A DNA stretch of 63,932 nt, counting the filler, from Octopus bimaculoides (Eukaryota), in NCBI RefSeq assembly GCF_001194135.2. It is 5 parts of 4 records of this genome, joined end to end, with 100 filler letters (N's around TTAATTAATTAA, not from the genome) between each part and the next. Parts side by side here need not be neighbours in the genome. Positions count along the whole stretch, not along the records: positions 44,290 to 62,760 come from NC_068985.1; positions 62,861 to 63,932 come from NC_068994.1; 3 more parts are not named here. The stretch is one strand, 5' to 3'. Shown piece by piece: positions 54,485 through 63,932 of the stretch. Within the stretch, counting starts at the first letter, position 1. Each line of letters starts with the position of its first letter. The notes under the pieces are model-generated. The model did not search any database, was not told where the DNA came from, and worked only from the letters and a program-made list of their open reading frames with translations. The position numbers and the translations under genes are program-made.

Positions 54485-55661
54485 ATCTCTTGTTCTTGGA
54501 GTGCTAATGTATACCCTTAGAAGTGTGATGCGATGTAGCGGTCACCAGTCCAAAGAGGCTGCACTTCATGTCGATATTATTGTATTCTTCTAGCCTTCGG
54601 GAGACATACTCAGGCATAGCCCTTTTGGCATGTTGAGCATTTCAATTCAAGGTCTTCTTTGAGGTATATTAGTGTGACAATTTCTATGGAAGTCATTAGG
54701 AAGAGAATGCCTACTGAAGAGCTTACTGAAGATATTGTTCCCTTCACTTTTCAGCACTAAGTTAATGTATTTATTTTTGCTGCTTTTATTTAGTAAGTGT
54801 CTGAGTGAAGCTATTCGATTTAGAAAGCTGCACGGATCTCAAGCTTCTATCTCCTTCATCTCTTCTTAGGTAGAGCCTGCCAATATCCCTATTTCTGTGG
54901 AGATTTCCACTTGATGTCAGTATCTTGCAGCTTTTAACACATATGGAGTGGATTTCCTCTACAGACCAGTCAAGTATCCCAAATGTTGGAATCAGCACTG
55001 GTATGGCAAATGCATATTATCTTGTAAGAGAAGAGTCCGATTGCCGTATTTTTTAAAGTCTGACCTCATAATACATGCATTCATACATTCATAATGTATG
55101 TATGTGTGTACGTATATATAGATGGATGGATGGATGGATCATATGAACAATAAAAATAAATGAATGATAAAAATATAACGTTAACATATTAGTTAAAATG
55201 AAAATTTTGGGAATGTTCTTATATTTCTGAACGTTTGTCCTTTATCGAAAAACAAAAGCAAAATGAAAGGAAGAAAGAGAGAAAAATATAGGGAAATGAA
55301 AAACCGAATTCTCATTGTAACTCTGCGCCAGCCTATAGCTAATAACATTACCTGGTATTCTGGCATCTATTCCTAACAACTAGGTAAAATGAAGTTAATG
55401 TAGGATAAAGAATTTAGTCCAAAAATACAACTGAACGTTACAAAAGATTTGAACTCATGATTTCGAAATTTGTAGCACTATACCTTATCCACTCCGATAA
55501 TTCTCATTCATTTATATAAAAAAAATGACCCTCAAATAGAAATGCAGTTTTACAATATAATAGTTATCAAACATTTGTAGACACTTTCGACCCATTTGAA
55601 TTAATCAGAATATCTTATAGGCTGTGATAACATTTACATATATACTCTCATACAAATACAC

Positions 55662-55726
<65 letters not shown>

Positions 55727-56506
55727 AATACACACTGATAATGGATTTCATATATTAAATTAGGGTTGGATTACTAATCCCTTATTAATCCATTTTTGCT
55801 ATATAGAAATGTAACCACATGTGGATTGTTGGCGATTTTTCCTTATTTGTCCTTCTTTCTCTTTGGACTTTTCTCTTTCCGACAAAGAGCTATGCGCGAA
55901 ACATTAACAACTCTCTCCTTTCACTGAACGTCAAATTAATATATTGCTTGTGCACGTCCTCACGTTCGGTTTTCTTTTCTCTGTTTTCGTTTTAATTGTT
56001 TGTTCCTTGAATATATATATAATCATGAATGTAAATCCAAAACGATTACAAAGAATACAGAGACTGGTACATATTCAGATTTTTCATTTAATATAACAGT
56101 TAATTATATAACATAATTAGTTAGCTAAAATGACAGACATGTATTTCTGCTGCATAGAGTATGTGCAGCTGCATATACAACCAGCAATATTCTGCTATGC
56201 ATCTTCATTCAGTGTCTTAGCACAAGTGTGGTCTGAAGTGACCTTTGGTGCTTTTTACTACTTGATGTGGCTGACTGGAACCTGGGCTACACCTGAGAGC
56301 TCTTACGGTACCTGCCTGGATAATTCATCCCTGTATACATTGCATTATTTTGAAGGATTTTTTACATCTTGCATTAATGCAGACATATAAGTAATTTATT
56401 TATCATTAAATATAATAATATAAATGATTTACATGTATTTAAGTTACGAAACAATTTGTCGTGATGTTAGAATGTTCTTAATGTTAAATAAAGTCATTTA
56501 TGACTT

Positions 56507-56561
<55 letters not shown>

Positions 56562-57029
56562 NNNNNNNNNNNNNNNNNNNNNNNNNNNNNNNNNNNNNNN
56601 NNNNNNNNNNNNNNNNNNNNNNNNNNNNNNNNNNNNNNNNNNNNNNNNNNNNNNNNNNNNNNNNNNNNNNNNNNNNNNNNNNNNNNNNNNNNNNNNNNNN
56701 NNNNNNNNNNNNNNNNNNNNNNNNNNNNNNNNNNNNNNNNNNNNNNNNNNNNNNNNNNNNNNNNNNNNNNNNNNNNNNNNNNNNNNNNNNNNNNNNNNNN
56801 NNNNNNNNNNNNNNNNNNNNNNNNNNNNNNNNNNNNNNNNNNNNNNNNNNNNNNNNNNNNNNNNNNNNNNNNNNNNNNNNNNNNNNNNNNNNNNNNNNNN
56901 AGGCTTCTACTGTTAGAATCCTCTTGATACGACCGTCAGGCATCAGTCTGCCGACCGGTGTCATCTTGTTTTGTCATACTGCCACGTGGGGTGTCTTTGT
57001 TTTGCAGTGATTTTCTCCTATTCGTCGAT

Positions 57030-57420
57030 TTTTGCGATGGCTGAAATGAAGGGACACCGTGCTTCCGTGAAATTCTGTTTTCTGCTGGGGAAACGGCGGC
57101 CGAAAAAGTTCTCATGCTTCAAACAGCTTACAAGGACGCTGCCATGAGCAAAACACAATTTTACGAGTGTTTTTCACACTTCAGGAATAGTCACTTGTCG
57201 CTTAAAGACCAACCTCTTTCAGGATAACTGTCGACCTCCGGAACGAATGAAAACACCACGAAAATTCATGAACTGATCTTGGAGGACCGTCGCCGAACGA
57301 TTGACAAAGTTGTTGATATGATTGGTGTGTTCTGAAGCTCCAGCCAACGAATTTTGAGCGAAGAATTGCAAATGAAAAAAGTCGGAGCAAAATTTGTACC
57401 TCACTTGCTCACGGAAGATC
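57030..57420 (+). mobile_element. Mariner transposase N-terminal fragment, truncated by a SINE
   Basis: HRASVKFCFLLG..TAYKDAAMSKTQFYE..ELILEDRRRTI..ILSEELQMKKVGAKFVPHLLT. Confidence 0.85.
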
Positions 57421-58299
57421 GTCCCCAACTGCTGATTGACAGATGGTGTGTTTATGTCCCTGTAACTTAGTGATTCAGCAAAAGAGACTGATAGAGGTAC
57501 CAGGGTTCAAAATAAGTCCTGGGGTTGATTAGTTCGACTAAAATTCCTCACGGCGATGCCCCTGCATAGCTGCAGTCTGATGACTGAAACAAATAAAAGA
57601 ATAAATTAATATATTTTTGAAAAACTAGGGATGTAAGGGAGATCTCTATATCATTGATGCAGCTGCTAAAAAAACAGCAGCCAAATACCAAGCAGGTAAA
57701 ATATGAACATCCTAAAAATGCTCGGATGTAAGAAATAAGCACTTTTGTTTGCAATATAATCAGAAAATAAAACATCAAGGTAACATCTGAATGATAAAAA
57801 TTGACACAATTGGCAATACATTACTATAAAAAAAAAAGTAAATTTGCTTTTTTGAATATGACTAACTGCAGGCTGGCAGGGAAGGAGATTTTTATACAAC
57901 AACAACAACAACAACAAAAGCAGTGACTAATCTACTACAGGATTTTTACAAGCTAATTGGCATCGTCATCACCTGGATAAAGCATAGTCACTGTCTGACT
58001 TGCTGATTGTAGCATAACGCTACTAATAACTTAACTGTATTATTATGGTACTATTATCACGGGGCATAGATTCGACACATTTTAAAACAAGAGAGAAATT
58101 ATACAGAAACACTATGCAAAATAATTATCAAACTTTATCTCTAAGAGAAATCATTAAATGTTCTTTCAATTGCAGAAGCCTTTGATGATTGTGTTGCTTG
58201 GTATTCCTTGTTATCATTTTTTGTCAGAATTTGCAACAAATTTTCTAAGAGGATTTTCCTTTTTTTTTCTTTTTGTCTTGATTTGAAGTTATTTTTGAT

Positions 58300-58406
58300 G
58301 ATGATGATGATAATGATGATGATGATGATGATAATGATGATGATGATAGGATAGTTGTTAACATTGGATACCCTTTATTGTTATGTTACTGTTTTTATCA
58401 TTATTA

Positions 58407-58464
<58 letters not shown>

Positions 58465-58488
58465 CATTATTATTATTATTATTATTAT

Positions 58489-58553
<65 letters not shown>

Positions 58554-58620
58554 GTAGTGGTGGTTGTAGTGGTGGTGGTGGTCGTCGTCATCGTCGTCAT
58601 GGTAGTAGTTGTGATGACAT
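58300..58620 (+). repeat. Compound trinucleotide array (GAT, ATT, AGT, GGT, CGT blocks)
   Basis: Directly visible. Confidence 0.95.
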
Positions 58621-58945
58621 TTGTGTTGTCATTGTTGCTTTTCTTGTTAGTGTTGCTATTTTCTTCACTGAATATCATTTGAGAGAAAAAATAAAATTAG
58701 TGAATTAGTAAATTTAGTATTTTTTTCTTTTTGCTTTAAATCCCAATGACATCAGCCATTTTGAAGTTTAATTGATGTGATGTGGTGGCGCTCTCTACCA
58801 CATCATAATAATGTCATTATAGCACAATATAAATTTTCATTTTTCATGTAATGTATCTAAAACTAGTCAGCCTTCCTCATCCTTCCCACTTCATTGCTAT
58901 ATCCATAATAAAATTTGAACCCAATTCTACTGGTTAATGAAGGTA

Positions 58946-60217
58946 TTAGGCTATTTTGAAAATATTGGCAGATTTCAGAAACATAATTTTATTCTGGAAA
59001 AATTAACAATAGAAATGTTTTGATTAGTCAAAGTATGAGTCGTGAACATCTATGCATCTCTGTCATCGATCAACGAAATTATTTATGCCTCATTGATAAA
59101 AACTTATTGGCTTTGATGCTAAGAAATCTTTGAAAGCTGATTCCATCTCTGGTTTGGACCTGAACGTTTTATCGCTTAAAAACATGTTTAAATGCTTTAA
59201 AAAATTGTAGTCAGAGGATGAAAGATCAGGAGAATATGGAGGATGTGGTAAAGTCTTGTATCCCAAGTTTGTGAGTTTCTGCAGCATCATTCTCACAACG
59301 TGTGGCTTTACATTACCGTGGAGCAGAATTGGACCACACTGATTCACTAATGCAGGTCTCATTTTTTGCAAGTGAGCATGCATTTCAGCAAGTTGATTGC
59401 TGTAAACGTCTGCTGTAATGCTTTGATTGGCTTCCAGAAAGCTGTAATGGACAACACCAATTGCAGACCACCAGACAGTCACCATAATCTTTTGCTGATG
59501 CAACTTTGGCTTTGGGAAATGTTTGGGGGACTCATCACGATCAAGCCATTGACATGATCGTTTTCGGTTATCATAAAGGACCCACTTTTTGTCACAAGTG
59601 ACTATTCAGTCAAGAAAAGGATCATTGGTGTTTCACAGAAAGAGCATCAATCAAAACGCCGAACTTTTTGATTTTCATTGAGCTCATGTGGTACCCATTT
59701 ATCGAGCTTTTTCACCTTACCAATCTTCTGCAGATTGCGTGAGACCGTTGCAATACCGACACCAAGTGCTTGAGACATTTCTCTGACACTTTGACGTGGG
59801 TCTTGTTCAATATTTCAATTGTTCATTGTCAAGACTGCGTGACCGTCCTCTACCTTCTTCATCTTCAAGGCTCTCGTCATCACTACGGAATTTCTGAAAC
59901 TACCTTTGTACTGTGTGATAACTTGTGGACCCCTCTCCCCATGCTCTGTTGATATTGGCAGCAGTTTGGGAGGCATTGAACTCATGCTTGAATTCATGCA
60001 AGAAAAGTAAGCGAAGGTCCTTTTTTGTCATGTTCATAATTAAGGGCGCCTATACTTCAAGAATGTTTTCTGTTTGAAATAAGTAGAAAATTATTAAAGA
60101 GCAGACATCAATTATTAAGTATGTTGTAATTCACCTAAAATATAATTAAAATACTATGATAAAATTGCGTTTCAAAACACAACAGTTAGAGTGGCCATCA
60201 TTTTCAGAACAACCTAA
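58946..60217 (-). mobile_element. Full-length but inactivated mariner (about 1.27 kb)
   Basis: TA flanks, diverged TTAGG..TGAAAAT..TGGC TIRs, and a start near 60037 (MTKKDLRLLFLHEFK). Also QKIMVTVWWS and HPPYSPDLSSSDY, with stops and frameshifts. Confidence 0.9.
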
Positions 60218-62319
60218 TATCACTGATCTATTAAAATACAGCAATTCCCTACTGTTTACAATTGTAAGCTGTCTCATTACATGCCACCATTTTATGGTTC
60301 AATGAAGTGCACTTTTTGGTTACTGTAGTGAACTGTATCGATTTGTAGTTTAGTGAAATGTTTACTAGCTCAATGTACTTTTCCTACAAATGGTACCCAT
60401 TAACCCTTTGTCATTCAGATCAGTCTGTCAAATGTGATGCCCTTCTACTCACATTGTTTTGAATTAATCATATATTATCTTGTAGTTATGCGATTTTGAT
60501 GATGCATTCATTACTTTTAGAATGATATTGCTGGGTAGTTATGACAGGCCTGATCAAATCAGTTTGAACCCAAAATACATTGAATATTTGGGCCTGATAT
60601 GATTTGTTTAAATATTAAAGAGTTAAAAGTTAGGTGGAATGTATCTATAAATGGTGTATTCTAAAAGGCAAGGTGAGCTGTACTAAGAAATGATAGCATT
60701 TTAAAGAGGAAAGTTAACTGTACCTGTAAATGGTATATTTTAAAGAGTTAAGTGGACTACCAACAAATGGAAGCCACTAAAAAGTAAGCTGCACTGGACA
60801 GTTGTATGTTGCTAATTTGCAGCTCAGTGGGTTGTGCAAACCAGGAGCAGCTTGCAGCTATTATACAGCCTATATAACCTGTTTATAGCTTTACAAGTAT
60901 GCAGGTATTTTGAAAATATCTCATGGAGTGACGACTGTGCCCTGCAGAATTATGGGTTGCCCTTTGGCAAGGCATAGCACCCATTCAGCCACCCTGCCAG
61001 GGCTGCAGCAAAGCCATGGGATAGCAACATGTTGGATTGTGAAGAAGTAGCTGAAGAGCTCAACTGAGCCAATGGTGCTTCTTACATTGCTGCTGAGTGG
61101 AGGAATCCTAGAAGATCAACGATCAGGATTACAAAATTCTATTAAGAGAGTAACCACAACACATCCATAGGGGCAGTGTCTATGTAATCAGCTAATGAAA
61201 GATTCACTATGGATAAAGCTCCCAATTCAAATTCATAATAATGGAATTGGATGGGAATGGGAATCCATGAAAGCAGCAAAATATAAAAAATCCCAGCTTT
61301 AGAGCTATACTGCCTCTACAAGCTTGTGGCATCATTTTCCAGCTGAGAGAAGTTAATTTTTCCATGGTACTTAGTGTCATAGGCACGGGTAAGTTTCTAT
61401 GCAAGAAATAATCTACAGATGAGCTGAATATATCCACATAATGTACTTATTTAGAATCTTAGTAGACTACACCTAATTATAATACCTCTTTATACATATT
61501 TATAGCTTGGTGGACTATACAAATCCATAGCACCCATTTATTCAGAGATGGAAAAGCCCTAATATTATTACTTATTTGTAAGGTGGTGAACTTGAAGAAT
61601 TATTAGTATGTCAGACAAAATGCTTAATGGTATTTCATCTGTCTTTAATTCCTCAGTCCAAATTCTGCTGGGGTTGACTTTGTCTTTCATCTTTTTTGGA
61701 GTCGATAAAATAAGTTCCAGCTGAACACTGAGGTCAGTGTAACCGACTTACTATCTCCCCCAAAATTGCTGACCTTGTGCCAAAACTTGAAACCATTATT
61801 ACTTATTTACAGCTAAAGTGCAACTAATTAATGGTACTACTTACTGTAAATTACTACTGATTGCATTGTGTCTTATGCATAAGATCCTTTCTAGAGTTTA
61901 TTACTCTTCTTCAATACTCAGAGCACCAATTTACAGTTTAATAAAGTACACATGTACCTGGTACATATTTTAGCAATTGTGCATCTGTATCTGTAAGTGA
62001 TAACTATCCTGTCCATTAATTCAACGAAGCACTCTGTCCATAGAGCATAAATCAACAACTGCTCTGCAGCTAAGTGGTCATCAAATTGACACTACCAAAT
62101 GTGGATCATAAGGATGCTACACTAATAAAACACGTATTTTGTTAACATGTTGTCTTTACAGATGATGACTTCAGAAAGCTGGTCTTCAGTGGCTTCATCG
62201 ATAACACCTCTTTGTTTTCCTAGTAGACTACACTAATAAACCTTTGTCCTTCTGTATTAAAGTGGACTCTACTGTGATTTTTTTACCCCCAAGAGAACAT
62301 CTCCTCTATATTTTTGTAT

Positions 62320-62740
62320 TTTTCATTTTTTTACTGGTTTCAGTCATTTCACTGTGACCATGTACCTGGAAGGGTTTTAGTCAAACAAATTCATCCCAGG
62401 ACTTATTTCTTAAGCCTAGTACATATTGTACCAGTCAATTTTGCTGAACTACTACGTTCGGGGGATGCAAACACACCAACACTGGTTGTCAAGCAACAAT
62501 AGAGGGTACAAACACAGACACACACATAGATACATACATACATATGTATGTATGTATGTACCTATGTATATATATATATAACAGACTTCTTTCAGTTTCC
62601 ATCCACCAAATTCACTCACAAGGCTTTGGTCAGCCCAAGGCTATAGTAGAAGACACTTGCCCAAGTTTCTATGCAATGGAATTGAACCCGGAACTATGTG
62701 GTTGAAAAGCAAGCATTTTACCACACAGCCACGCCTGTAC
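62320..62740 (-). mobile_element. SINE family A, CpG-decayed copy
   Basis: Same layout as the other copies, with most CpGs converted to TpG/CpA. Confidence 0.8.
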
Positions 62741-63499
62741 CTATATATATATATATATATNNNNNNNNNNNNNNNNNNNNNNNNNNNNNNNNNNNNNNNN
62801 NNNNTTAATTAATTAANNNNNNNNNNNNNNNNNNNNNNNNNNNNNNNNNNNNNNNNNNNNCACACACACACACACACACATACCTACTCAAGCACGCACA
62901 CTCACACACTCATCTCGGTGTACAAGCGAGAGACAATTATTCAAACGCATATATATATATCCATTCTCGTATTCCTTTATTCCACTATAACGTGATATTA
63001 CAGTGCAATGTTAACTTCTTGGTTTTGCAATCAACAGCGGCGTGCTTTCACTGCTGCTACTGCTGCTACTGCTGCCGCCGCTGCTGCTTCTCATATCAGC
63101 TCTGATCCAGCAGATTTTTGATCAAAGCTGTAGCTGTTACCATCCCATCTTTTAGCCAGATATAGCGTGTTTAGAGGACTGTTATTCCCTTATGTATTCT
63201 TGCATCGTTTAAGACGGCAGGTGGCGTGATTCGAGAATGTTTCGGCTGATATTCATGGCAGGTCAAGCCGACCAATCCGCGGCCTTCTCATTGCTTCGTA
63301 GTTGTCTGCTGTTGTTGTTGTTGTTGTTGTAATGGTGGTGATGGTAGTGGTGGTGGGTGGTATCGTAGAGGTGGTGGGAGTTTTAGCTCCAGGGGTTTAG
63401 CTCGGCTCAAAGAAGACCTACACTAGCTCTAAATAACCACCGATCCTTCGTCAAGTAGCTCTTTTATAATATGATATAATAAAATATAAAATCACGTGG

Positions 63500-63932
63500 T
63501 TTCAAATTTCGGCACAGGGCCGGCTGTTTTTTAGGCGAGGGGACAAATCTATTACATCGACCACAGTACTTAACTGGTACTTATTTTATTGACTTCGAAA
63601 GGATGAAAGGCAAAGTCGACCTCGATGGAATTTGAGCGCAGAACATAAAGACGGACGATATACCGTTAAGTGTTTTGTCCGGCGTGCTAACAATTTTGGC
63701 AACTCACCGCCTTAATATAATATAATATAATATATAATTCTTCTATTCTTATATTTGTTGCAGTCATTTGACTGCGGCCATGCTGGAGCACTGCCTTTAG
63801 TCGAACAAAACGACCTCAGTACTTATTCTTTGTAAGCCTAGTACTTATTCTATCGGACCCTTTTGCCGAACCGCTAAGTTACGGGACGTAAACACACCAA
63901 CATCGGTTGTCAAGCGATGGTGGGGGGACAAG
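63500..63932 (-). mobile_element. SINE family C copy followed by a family A tail (CpG intact)
   Basis: Matches other copies in the window. Confidence 0.8.

Larger units (their letters stand above)
52930..55030 (-). mobile_element. REL-type non-LTR retrotransposon 3' portion (family B) interrupted by a MITE
   Basis: DIGRLYLRRDEG, GYTLALQEQEIATKYL (split by the MITE), VEDITHVI, and CTVIKVSCPADLNISLKIKEK..GALG..VSGIVKICKTFLKF*. Confidence 0.8.

Noticed and set aside
57628-57694. Possible plus-strand exon (GCKGDLYIIDAAAKKTAAKYQA); similar weak candidates at 24557-24625 and 19262-19395
   Set aside because: Acceptors are weak or frames contain stops, and none matches DDOST or any protein I recognise.

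Overview
Repeat-dense eukaryotic genomic DNA with roughly 15-20% N gaps. The SINE families, extreme CA/TA/AAT microsatellite load and TTAATTAATTAA scaffold linkers suggest a cephalopod, most likely an Octopus draft assembly (inference, not verified). One host exon is recognisable: a 111-bp DDOST/OST48 exon at 43652-43762 (+). There are also two unidentified spliced-looking exons on the minus strand (16141-16308, 17525-17610) and a tRNA-Ser(UGA) with a broken acceptor stem. The rest is transposon debris: Penelope-like elements, R4/Dong-like REL non-LTR fragments, RTE and CR1 pieces, Tc1, mariner and maT remnants, Merlin-like MITEs and many tRNA-derived SINEs. The most unusual structures are: (1) a 505-bp insertion with a 14-bp TSD that is a near-perfect palindrome of a tRNA-promoter plus minimal-hammerhead element, 1.8 kb upstream of the DDOST exon; (2) a 1572-bp Tc1 foldback built from two right ends with DD35E spacing; (3) a GG-terminal, 8-bp-TSD MITE carrying a telomere-like TTAGGG/TTTTAGGG array. 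Nearly all long ORFs in the supplied track are artefacts of microsatellites or N runs. No CRISPR array or rRNA was found.
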